From the IMG/VR virus record IMGVR_UViG_2671180294_000014: DNA of 33,339 bases. One strand, 5' to 3'. The notes under the pieces are model-generated. The model made no database searches and was not told the origin of the DNA. It worked only from the letters and a program-made list of their open reading frames with translations. The position numbers were made by a program, and so were the translations under genes. This DNA comes from a virus (lineage: Duplodnaviria; Heunggongvirae; Uroviricota; Caudoviricetes). How positions within the stretch are numbered: position 1 is the stretch's first letter; each line of letters starts with the position of its first letter. Shown here in pieces: positions 25,257 through 33,339 of the stretch.

Positions 25257-25471
25257 TTTTTTAACATTAATCATTTACACACGCTTGAAAAGTGATCGCT
25301 GAAAATGGCATTTACTACATTATCAAAGTTCCCATCGAAGATAATCGAAATTTTTCCCGGTAGCAGATATCGTGAGATTTAACGCTTTTCGCTCATAGCA
25401 GGCTGTCAGATTTGATAGCGTTTGGGCTATGTAAACTGTCAGTCGGAAAATGAGTGTGTACAAATCAGGAC

Positions 25472-25499
25472 ATGCGGGCGAATTGCCCGCATTTTCTTT
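25472..25499 (+). terminator. Strong rho-independent terminator upstream of the FI late promoter
   Basis: ATGCGGGC-GAATT-GCCCGCAT is followed by TTTTCTTTAT. It insulates the FI operon from upstream plus-strand transcription. Confidence 0.75.
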
Positions 25500-25595
25500 A
25501 TCTGTTGTTTCATCCACTGACCAGCCAGGTCAAATAGCGTCTCATGCACTGCCCAACAGAAAATAGTTGCACCCATTAACCACGGAGTTAAACGG
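25500..25595 (+). promoter_or_regulatory. Late promoter region P_F (Ogr-dependent), position by synteny
   Basis: This interval lies between the terminator and FI. TGTTGT at 25503-25508 sits about 55 nt upstream of an A/T-rich -10-like stretch (AAAATAGT, 25559-25566). The match to TGT-N12-ACA is imperfect. Confidence 0.45.
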
Positions 25596-26786
25596 ATGAG
25601 TGACTATCATCACGGCGTGCAGGTGCTGGAGATTAACGACGGCACCCGCGTCATTTCCACCGTATCCACTGCCATTGTCGGCATGGTCTGCACGGCCAGC
25701 GATGCGGATGCGGAAACCTTCCCCCTCAATAAACCGGTGCTGATTACCAATGTGCAGAGCGCAATTGCAAAGGCCGGTAAAAAAGGCACGCTGGCGGCAT
25801 CGTTGCAGGCCATCGCCGACCAGTCAAAACCGGTCACCGTTGTCGTGCGTGTGGAAGACGGCACCGGCGACGACGAGGAAACGAAACTCGCGCAGACCGT
25901 TTCCAATATCATCGGCACCACCGACGAAAACGGTCAGTACACCGGACTGAAAGCCCTGCTGGCGGCGGAGTCGGTAACCGGTGTTAAACCGCGTATTCTC
26001 GGCGTGCCGGGACTGGACACCAAAGAGGTGGCTGTTGCACTGGCATCAGTCTGTCAGAAGCTGCGCGCTTTCGGGTATATCAGCGCATGGGGCTGTAAGA
26101 CCGTTTCCGAGGTGAAAGCCTACCGTCAGAATTTCAGCCAGCGTGAGCTGATGGTCATCTGGCCGGATTTCCTCGCATGGGATACGGTCGCCAGTACCAC
26201 CGCCACCGCGTATGCCACCGCCCGTGCGCTGGGTCTGCGCGCTAAAATCGACCAGGAGCAGGGCTGGCATAAAACGCTGTCCAACGTCGGGGTGAACGGT
26301 GTTACCGGCATCAGCGCGTCCGTATTCTGGGATTTGCAGGAGTCCGGCACCGATGCTGACCTGCTTAACGAGTCAGGCGTCACAACGCTGATTCGCCGTG
26401 ACGGTTTCCGCTTCTGGGGTAACCGTACCTGCTCTGATGACCCGCTGTTCCTCTTTGAAAACTACACCCGCACCGCGCAGGTGCTGGCCGACACGATGGC
26501 TGAGGCGCACATGTGGGCGGTGGACAAGCCCATCACCGCAACGCTGATTCGCGACATCGTTGACGGCATCAATGCCAAATTCCGTGAGCTGAAAACAAAC
26601 GGCTATATCGTGGATGCGACCTGCTGGTTCAGCGAAGAATCCAACGATGCGGAAACCCTCAAGGCCGGAAAACTGTATATCGACTACGACTATACCCCGG
26701 TGCCTCCTCTTGAAAACCTGACCCTGCGCCAGCGTATTACCGATAAATACCTGGCAAATCTGGTCACCTCGGTTAACAGCAATTAA
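25596..26786 (+). CDS. FI: Contractile tail sheath protein
   Basis: 396 aa. It matches P2 gpFI by recall. Confidence 0.96.
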   Translation: MSDYHHGVQVLEINDGTRVISTVSTAIVGMVCTASDADAETFPLNKPVLITNVQSAIAKAGKKGTLAASLQAIADQSKPVTVVVRVEDGTGDDEETKLAQTVSNIIGTTDENGQYTGLKALLAAESVTGVKPRILGVPGLDTKEVAVALASVCQKLRAFGYISAWGCKTVSEVKAYRQNFSQRELMVIWPDFLAWDTVASTTATAYATARALGLRAKIDQEQGWHKTLSNVGVNGVTGISASVFWDLQESGTDADLLNESGVTTLIRRDGFRFWGNRTCSDDPLFLFENYTRTAQVLADTMAEAHMWAVDKPITATLIRDIVDGINAKFRELKTNGYIVDATCWFSEESNDAETLKAGKLYIDYDYTPVPPLENLTLRQRITDKYLANLVTSVNSN

Positions 26787-26798
26787 GGAGCCTGACCG

Positions 26799-27317
26799 AT
26801 GGCAATGCCGCGCAAACTCAAGTTAATGAACGTCTTTCTGAACGGCTACAGCTATCAGGGCGTTGCAAAGTCCGTCACGCTGCCAAAACTGACCCGTAAA
26901 CTCGAAAACTATCGCGGTGCGGGGATGAACGGAAGCGCACCGGTAGACCTCGGCCTTGATGACGATGCGCTGTCAATGGAGTGGTCGCTCGGGGGCTTCC
27001 CGGATTCGGTTATCTGGGAGCTTTACGCCGCAACCGGTGTGGATGCCGTGCCGATTCGTTTTGCAGGCTCTTACCAGCGTGACGATACCGGCGAAACGGT
27101 GGCCGTAGAGGTGGTCATGCGTGGCCGTCAGAAAGAAATCGACACCGGCGAGGGTAAACAGGGAGAAGACACCGAGTCGAAAATCTCCGTGGTCTGCACC
27201 TATTTCCGGCTGACGATGGACGGTAAGGAGCTGGTCGAAATCGACACCATCAACATGATTGAGAAGGTGAACGGCGTCGACCGGCTGGAGCAACACCGCC
27301 GCAATATCGGCCTGTAA
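26799..27317 (+). CDS. FII: Tail tube protein
   Basis: 172 aa. It matches P2 gpFII by recall. Confidence 0.96.
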   Translation: MAMPRKLKLMNVFLNGYSYQGVAKSVTLPKLTRKLENYRGAGMNGSAPVDLGLDDDALSMEWSLGGFPDSVIWELYAATGVDAVPIRFAGSYQRDDTGETVAVEVVMRGRQKEIDTGEGKQGEDTESKISVVCTYFRLTMDGKELVEIDTINMIEKVNGVDRLEQHRRNIGL

Positions 27318-27373
27318 TTTTCATCCGGTCAGCCTGGCTGACCGGTTAACCCCGATTCAGAAGTGAGAAAACC

Positions 27374-27649
27374 ATGAACAAAGAAAATGTGATTACCCTG
27401 GACAATCCGGTCAAGCGTGGTGAGCAGGTTATCGAACAGGTCACGCTGATGAAACCCAGTGCGGGGACGCTGCGCGGTGTCAGTCTGGCTGCGGTCGCAA
27501 ACTCAGAAGTCGATGCACTGATTAAGGTGCTGCCGCGCATGACGGCACCGATGCTGACCGAGCAGGAAGTCGCCGCGCTGGAACTGCCTGACCTTGTGGC
27601 GCTGGCCGGTAAGGTGGTCGGTTTTTTGTCGCCGAACTCGGTGCAGTGA
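27374..27649 (+). CDS. E: Tail assembly chaperone E
   Basis: 91 aa. It matches P2 gpE by recall. Confidence 0.93.
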   Translation: MNKENVITLDNPVKRGEQVIEQVTLMKPSAGTLRGVSLAAVANSEVDALIKVLPRMTAPMLTEQEVAALELPDLVALAGKVVGFLSPNSVQ

Positions 27650-27801
27650 CGCTTCCGAAAAATCTGTCGGTCGATGACCTGATGGCGGATGTGGCAGTGA
27701 TATTTCACTGGCCGCCATCAGAACTGTATCCCATGAGCCTGACCGAACTCATCACATGGCGCGAAAAGGCGCTCAGGCGAAGCGGAAACACGAATGAGTA
27801 A
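27374..27801 (+). CDS. E+E': Tail assembly chaperone E+E' made by a programmed -1 frameshift at G GTT TTT TG (27620-27628)
   Basis: The slippery run TTTTTTG lies in the E frame. The -1 frame from 27625 reads FVAELGAVTLPKNLSVDDLMADVAVIFHWPPSELYPMSLTELITWREKALRRSGNTNE*, with its stop at 27799-27801. This matches the known P2 E' extension. Confidence 0.85.
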
Positions 27802-30245
27802 CAATGTAAAATTACAGGTATTGCTCAGGGCTGTTGACCAGGCGTCCCGCCCGTTTAAATCCATCCGCAGAGCGAGTAAGTTGCTGTCGGGGGATATCCG
27901 GGAAACACAAAAATCACTGCGCGAGCTGAACGGTCACGCATCCCGTATTGAGGGATTCCGCAAGACCAGTGCACAGCTCGCCGTGACTGGTCATGCACTT
28001 GAAAAGGCACGGCAGGAGGCCGAAGCCCTTGCCACACAGTTTAAAAACACCGAACGCCCGACCCGTGCTCAGGCGAAAGTGCTGGAATCCGCAAAGCGTG
28101 CGGCGGAGGACTTACAGGCGAAATATAACCGCCTGACAGATTCCGTTAAACGCCAGCAGCGGGAACTGGCCGCTGTGGGAATTAATACCCGCAATCTTGC
28201 ACATGATGAGCAGGGACTGAAAAACCGTATCAGTGAAACCACCGCCCAGCTTAACCGGCAGCGTGACGCGCTGGCGCGTGTCAGTGCGCAACAGGCAAAA
28301 CTTAACGCAGTCAAACAGCGTTATCAGGCCGGAAAGGAACTGGCCGGAAATATGGCCTCAGTGGGCGCTGCCGGTGTGGGGATTGCTGCTGCGGGAACGA
28401 TAGCCGGAGTTAAGCTGCTGATGCCAGGTTATGAGTTTGCGCAGAAAAACTCAGAATTGCAGGCTGTGCTCGGTGTGGCAAAAGACTCCGCCGAAATGGC
28501 TGCACTCCGCAAGCAGGCGCGCCAGCTCGGTGACAACACCGCCGCCTCAGCGGATGATGCGGCCGGTGCACAGATTATCATTGCGAAAGCGGGTGGGGAT
28601 GTTGATGCCATTCAGGCGGCAACGCCGGTCACGCTGAATATGGCGCTGGCGAACCGCCGCACAATGGAAGAAAACGCCGCCCTGCTGATGGGGATGAAAT
28701 CCGCCTTTCAGCTTTCAAACGATAAGGTCGCTCATATCGGGGATGTTCTCTCCATGACGATGAACAAAACCGCCGCTGATTTTGACGGCATGAGCGATGC
28801 GCTGACCTATGCCGCACCAGTGGCAAAAAATGCCGGTGTCAGCATTGAAGAAACCGCCGCAATGGTCGGGGCGCTGCATGATGCAAAAATCACAGGCTCA
28901 ATGGCGGGGACGGGAAGCCGTGCCGTGTTAAGTCGCCTGCAGGCACCGACTGGAAAAGCATGGGATGCACTCAAAGAGCTTGGCGTGAAAACCTCAGACA
29001 GTAAGGGAAACACCCGACCAGTATTTACCATTCTGAAAGAAATGCAGGCCAGCTTTGAGAAAAACCGGCTCGGTACTGCCCAGCAGGCCGAATACATGAA
29101 AACCATTTTCGGGGAGGAGGCCAGCTCAGCCGCCGCTGTGCTGATGACTGCCGCGTCAACCGGAAAGCTGGACAAACTGACCGCTGCGTTTAAAGCCTCA
29201 GACGGGAAGACCGCAGAGCTGGTAAATATCATGCAGGACAACCTCGGCGGTGACTTTAAGGAGTTTCAGTCCGCTTATGAGGCGGTGGGGACAGACCTGT
29301 TTGACCAGCAGGAAGGCGCGCTACGTAAGCTCACGCAGACGGCCACAAAGTATGTGTTAAAACTCGACGGCTGGGTACAGAAAAACAAATCACTGGCGTC
29401 AACCATTGGCCTCATTGCCGGTGGCGCGCTGGCGCTGACTGGCATCATCGGTGCAATTGGTCTTGTAGCCTGGCCGGTTATCACCGGCATCAATGCCATC
29501 ATCGCGGCAGCAGGCGCAATGGGGGCAATCTTCACGACGGTTGGTAGTGCCGTTATGACGGCCATCGGGGCGATTAGCTGGCCGGTTGTGGCTGGGGGGG
29601 NNNNNNNNNNNNNTCGCCGGGGCGTTGCTTATCCGTAAATACTGGGAGCCTGTCAGCGCATTCTTTGGCGGTGTGGTTGAAGGGCTGAAAGCGGCATTTG
29701 CGCCGGTGGGGGAGCTGTTCACGCCACTGAAACCGGTGTTTGACTGGCTGGGCGAAAAGTTACAGGCTGCGTGGCAGTGGTTTAAAAACCTGATTGCCCC
29801 GGTCAAAGCCACCCAGGACACCCTGAACCGTTGCCGTGACACGGGCGTCATGTTCGGGCAGGCACTGGCTGACGCGCTGATGCTGCCGCTTAATGCGTTC
29901 AACAAATTGCGCAGCGGCATTGACTGGGTACTGGAAAAGCTCGGGGTCATCAACAAAGAGTCAGACACACTTGACCAGACCGCCGCCAGAACTCATGCCG
30001 CCACGTATGGCACCGGTGGTTATATTCCGGCGACCAGCTCTTATGCAGGCTATCAGGCTTATCAGCCGGTCACGGCACCGGCTGGCCGCTCTTATGTGGA
30101 CCAGAGTAAAAACGAATATCACATCAGCCTGACGGGTGGTACTGCACCGGGGACACAGCTTGACCGCCAGTTACAGGATGCGCTCGAAAAATACGAGCGG
30201 GATAAACGTGCGCGCGCCCGTGCCAGCATGATGCATGACGGTTAA
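27794..30245 (+). CDS. T: Tail tape measure protein, interrupted by an assembly gap
   Basis: The two ORFs (27794-29638 and 29586-30245) both match P2 gpT (815 aa). They are separated by 13 N at 29601-29613 and are in different frames, which is a gap artefact. Confidence 0.9.
29601..29613. other. Run of 13 N (assembly or scaffold gap), preceded by a G7 run
   Basis: Directly visible in the sequence. Confidence 1.
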
Positions 30246-30259
30246 GGAGGTGACGAAAA

Positions 30260-30739
30260 ATGATGCTCGCGTTAGGTATGTTTGTTTTTATGCGCCAGAC
30301 GCTGCCACACCAGACCATGCAGCGTGAATCAGATTATCGCTGGCCGTCAAATTCCCGTATCGGTAAACGGGATGCCTATCAGTTTCTCGGTGTAGGTGAG
30401 GAGAACATCACACTTGCCGGTGTGCTTTATCCCGAACTGACTGGCGGAAAGCTGACGATGACCACGCTCAGACTGATGGCAGAGGAAGGCCGGGCGTGGC
30501 CGTTGCTGGATGGCACCGGCATGATTTACGGCATGTATGTCATCAGCAAGGTGAGTGAAACAGGGAGTATTTTCTTTGCAGACGGCACACCACGGAAAAT
30601 TGATTTTACGCTGTCGCTCACCCGCGTTGATGAGTCACTGGCCGCGCTTTATGGCGATATCGGTAAACAGGCGGAATCGCTCATCGGTAAGGCTGGCAGT
30701 ATGGCGACTAAATTCACGGGTATGACGGGGGCGGGATAA
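30260..30739 (+). CDS. U: Tail protein U
   Basis: 159 aa. It matches P2 gpU by recall. Confidence 0.95.
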   Translation: MMLALGMFVFMRQTLPHQTMQRESDYRWPSNSRIGKRDAYQFLGVGEENITLAGVLYPELTGGKLTMTTLRLMAEEGRAWPLLDGTGMIYGMYVISKVSETGSIFFADGTPRKIDFTLSLTRVDESLAALYGDIGKQAESLIGKAGSMATKFTGMTGAG

Positions 30740-31902
30740 TGCTGGATGCGCTGACATTTGATGCAGGCAGTACGCTGACGCCGGATTACATGCTGATGCT
30801 CGACAGCAGGGATATTACCGGCAATATCAGCGACCGTCTGATGAGCATGACCCTGACGGATAACCGGGGCTTTGAGGCTGACCAGCTTGATATTGAACTG
30901 AACGATGCCGACGGGCAGGTCGGGCTGCCGGTTCGTGGCGCTGTCCTGACGGTGTATATCGGCTGGAAAGGTTTTGCCCTGGTATGCAAAGGGAAATTTA
31001 CCGTTGATGAGGTTGAACACCGGGGCGCGCCGGATGTGGTCACCATCCGCGCCCGGAGTGCAGATTTTCGCGGGACGCTCAATTCCCGCCGTGAAGGCTC
31101 ATGGCATGACATTACGCTCGGTGCGATTGTTGAGGCGATAGCCTCCCGTAACAGGCTGGAAGCCAGTGTCGCTCCGTCACTGGCCGGAATAAAAATTCCA
31201 CACATCGACCAGTCGCAGGAGTCTGATGCGAAATTCCTGACCCGTCTTGCTGAACGCAACGGCGGCGAGGTGTCGGTAAAAATGGGAAAACTGCTGTTTC
31301 TCAAAGCGGGGCAGGGGGTGACGGCCAGCGGTAAAAAAATCCCGCAGATTACCATCACCCGCAGCGACGGCGACCGTCATCATTTTGCGATTGCTGACCG
31401 TGGAGCTTACACCGGCGTAACGGCAAAGTGGTTACACACCAAAGACCCGAAGCCGCAAAAGCAGAAGGTAAAACTGAAACGCAAAAAGAAAGAAAAACAC
31501 CTGCGCGCACTGGAGCACCCGAAAGCGAAACCGGTCACGCAGAAGAAAGCGCCAAAAGTACCGGAAGCGCGCGAAGGTGAATACATGGCCGGTGAAGCTG
31601 ACAACGTTTTTGCCCTGACCACGGTATATGCCACAAAAGCGCAGGCCATGCGCGCCGCTCAGGCGAAGTGGGATAAACTGCAACGGGGTGTAGCGGAGTT
31701 CTCCATCAGCCTGGCTACCGGTCGTGCAGATATTTACACGGAAACACCGGTTAAAGTGTCAGGCTTTAAGCGCGTCATAGACGAGCAGGACTGGACCATC
31801 ACTAAGGTGACACATTGTCTCAATAATAGCGGCTTCACGACGTCCTTGGAGCTTGAGGTAAGGCTTTCTGATGTGGAGTACGAAACAGAAGATGATGAGT
31901 GA
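30739..31902 (+). CDS. D: Tail/late protein D
   Basis: 387 aa. It matches P2 gpD by recall. Confidence 0.95.
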   Translation: MLDALTFDAGSTLTPDYMLMLDSRDITGNISDRLMSMTLTDNRGFEADQLDIELNDADGQVGLPVRGAVLTVYIGWKGFALVCKGKFTVDEVEHRGAPDVVTIRARSADFRGTLNSRREGSWHDITLGAIVEAIASRNRLEASVAPSLAGIKIPHIDQSQESDAKFLTRLAERNGGEVSVKMGKLLFLKAGQGVTASGKKIPQITITRSDGDRHHFAIADRGAYTGVTAKWLHTKDPKPQKQKVKLKRKKKEKHLRALEHPKAKPVTQKKAPKVPEAREGEYMAGEADNVFALTTVYATKAQAMRAAQAKWDKLQRGVAEFSISLATGRADIYTETPVKVSGFKRVIDEQDWTITKVTHCLNNSGFTTSLELEVRLSDVEYETEDDE

Positions 31903-31983
31903 CGTGGTTTATTTATCTGTTTGTTTTATAAGGATAAATTAACTAAAATGGCACCATCAACAAAACCGGAAGAGGTGCTCGCG

Positions 31984-32202
31984 ATGTTTCATTGTCCTTT
32001 ATGCCAGCATGCCGCACATGCGCGTACAAGTCGCTATATCACTGACACGACAAAAGAGCGTTATCACCAGTGCCAGAACGTGAATTGCAGCGCCACGTTC
32101 ATCACTTATGAGTCGGTACAGCGATACATCGTGAAGCCGGGAGAAGTCCACGCCGTAAGGCCGCACCCGTTGCCGTCAGGGCAGCAAATTATGTGGATGT
32201 GA
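31984..32202 (+). CDS. ogr: Late transcription activator Ogr (zinc finger)
   Basis: From ATG 31984 the protein reads MFHCPLCQHAAHARTSRYITDTTKERYHQCQNVNCSATF..., 72 aa as in P2 Ogr. The ORF-track start at 31921 is an extension. Confidence 0.95.
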   Translation: MFHCPLCQHAAHARTSRYITDTTKERYHQCQNVNCSATFITYESVQRYIVKPGEVHAVRPHPLPSGQQIMWM

Positions 32203-32212
32203 TCAAAAAAAT

Positions 32213-32239
32213 AGCCCCTCAGTTGAGGGGCTTATTTAT
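32213..32239 (+). terminator. Terminator after ogr
   Basis: AGCCCCTC-AGTT-GAGGGGCT is followed by TATTTAT. An A7 run upstream makes it potentially bidirectional. Confidence 0.6.
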
Positions 32240-32244
32240 GGTCG

Positions 32245-32299
32245 ATGTGGACGCTATGTGGACAGCGGTTGACATAAATCCATTTATATCATCAGGTTA
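32245..32299. promoter_or_regulatory. Candidate att arm, with two direct ATGTGGAC repeats (Int arm-type sites?) and an IHF-like site
   Basis: ATGTGGAC occurs at 32245-32252 and 32256-32263 (11-bp period). TATCATCAGGTTA at 32287-32299 resembles the IHF consensus WATCAANNNNTTR. The location between ogr and the chromosomal junction fits the P2 attP arm layout. Function is inferred. Confidence 0.4.
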
Positions 32300-32329
32300 G
32301 GTACTTTTTTGTGACACCATCCCTGTCTT

Positions 32330-32355
32330 CCCCCACATGATGTGGGGGTTTTTTT
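32330..32355 (+). terminator. Rho-independent terminator at the prophage/chromosome junction, probably the cpxP/CpxQ terminator and att core region
   Basis: CCCCCAC-ATGAT-GTGGGGG is followed by T7. The preceding gacaccatccctgtcttccccc resembles my memory of the CpxQ sRNA 3' part. Confidence 0.6.
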
Positions 32356-32436
32356 ATCCTCAATTTGCCTGCTGCTTAATGCATTGCAGATGATTTGCTT
32401 CCGTTATACTAGCGTCAGTTGATAGCGGGAGTATTT

Positions 32437-33339
32437 ATGAATCAATCTTATGGACGGCTGGTCAGTCGGGCGGCGATTGCTGCGACGGCGATGGCTTCGC
32501 TGCTATTGCTGATTAAAATTTTTGCATGGTGGTATACCGGGTCGGTGAGTATTCTCGCCGCGCTGGTGGATTCGCTGGTGGATATCGGCGCGTCGTTGAC
32601 GAATTTACTGGTGGTGCGATATTCCCTGCAACCTGCCGACGATAATCACTCGTTTGGTCACGGTAAAGCTGAGTCCCTCGCGGCGCTGGCGCAAAGTATG
32701 TTTATCTCCGGTTCGGCACTATTCCTGTTTTTGACGGGTATTCAACATCTGGTATCTCCAACACCGATGACAGATCCAGGCGTCGGGGTTATCGTGACAA
32801 TTGTGGCGCTAATTTGTACGATTATCCTTGTCTCGTTTCAGCGGTGGGTGGTGCGCCGGACGCAAAGCCAGGCGGTGCGGGCTGATATGCTACATTACCA
32901 GTCTGATGTTATGATGAACGGCGCAATTCTGCTGGCGCTGGGGTTGTCCTGGTACGGCTGGCATCGCGCCGATGCTCTGTTTGCATTGGGAATCGGCATC
33001 TATATTTTATATAGCGCGTTACGCATGGGATATGAGGCGGTACAGTCATTACTGGATCGCGCATTGCCTGATGAGGAACGGCAAGAAATTATTGATATCG
33101 TGACTTCCTGGCCGGGTGTTAGCGGCGCTCACGATCTTCGCACGCGGCAGTCAGGGCCGACCCGCTTTATTCAGATTCATTTGGAAATGGAAGACTCTCT
33201 GCCTTTGGTTCAGGCACATATGGTGGCGGATCAGGTAGAGCAGGCTATTTTACGGCGTTTTCCGGGATCGGATGTAATTATCCATCAGGACCCCTGTTCC
33301 GTCGTACCCAGGGAGGGTAAACGGTCTATGCTTTCATAA
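32437..33339 (+). CDS. fieF: Cation-efflux (Zn/Fe) transporter FieF/YiiP, CDF family (chromosomal)
   Basis: From ATG 32437 the protein reads [47 protein letters not shown]... It is 300 aa and matches E. coli FieF by recall. The ORF-track start at 32419 is a TTG extension. Confidence 0.96.
   Translation: MNQSYGRLVSRAAIAATAMASLLLLIKIFAWWYTGSVSILAALVDSLVDIGASLTNLLVVRYSLQPADDNHSFGHGKAESLAALAQSMFISGSALFLFLTGIQHLVSPTPMTDPGVGVIVTIVALICTIILVSFQRWVVRRTQSQAVRADMLHYQSDVMMNGAILLALGLSWYGWHRADALFALGIGIYILYSALRMGYEAVQSLLDRALPDEERQEIIDIVTSWPGVSGAHDLRTRQSGPTRFIQIHLEMEDSLPLVQAHMVADQVEQAILRRFPGSDVIIHQDPCSVVPREGKRSMLS

Larger units (their letters stand above)
1..32355. mobile_element. P2-like (Peduovirus-type) prophage, essentially full length. 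The left att site lies just outside the window; the right junction is approximately 32312-32355.
   Basis: The complete P2 gene order is present in prophage permutation, with protein lengths matching P2. An exact P2-type cos sequence is present, and chromosomal fieF follows the right end. Confidence 0.95.

Noticed and set aside
25323-25517. A 64-aa minus-strand ORF upstream of the 472-aa gene, considered as a possible partner or antitoxin.
   Set aside because: It would have to start in the conserved FI promoter region and read through the strong terminator hairpin at 25472-25499. It has no SD and no internal alternative start.
32384-32410. A candidate fieF promoter, TTGCAG-N15-TATACT.
   Set aside because: The spacer is only 15 nt, which is too weak to call without data.

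Overview
The window holds a nearly complete P2-like (Peduovirus-type) temperate prophage in prophage permutation, followed by the chromosomal gene fieF (yiiP). The gene order is int, C, cox, orf78-like, B, orf80-83-like and A. Then comes accessory hotspot 1, the cos site, and Q and P on the minus strand. These are followed by O, N, M, L, X, Y, K, lysA, lysB, lysC, R, S, V, W, J, I, H and G, then accessory hotspot 2, then FI, FII, E/E+E', T, U, D and ogr, a candidate attR, and fieF. I recognise almost every backbone protein as a close P2 homologue with the P2 length.

The two slots where P2 carries orf91/tin/old and Z/fun hold visibly AT-rich foreign cargo.

- Hotspot 1 (about 5797-8944) encodes a cytosine-5 DNA methyltransferase. 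It converges on a tightly coupled two-gene operon made of a ParB-like DUF262 protein and a stand-alone HEPN (R-x4-H) protein.
- Hotspot 2 (about 23653-25471) encodes a single 472-aa protein in which I recognise no domain. It sits on the strand opposite the late operons and is bracketed by terminators.

These two loci are the best candidates for uncharacterised anti-phage systems.

Other notable points:

- The major capsid gene N carries a 1-nt deletion frameshift.
- The tape measure gene T is interrupted by a 13-N assembly gap that breaks the frame.
- Tail fibre H contains an expanded 132-nt tandem repeat and a distal part that differs from P2.
- The right junction looks like insertion into the cpxP 3' end / CpxQ terminator upstream of fieF.

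All homology statements come from my memory of P2 proteins and from motif reading, not from database searches.
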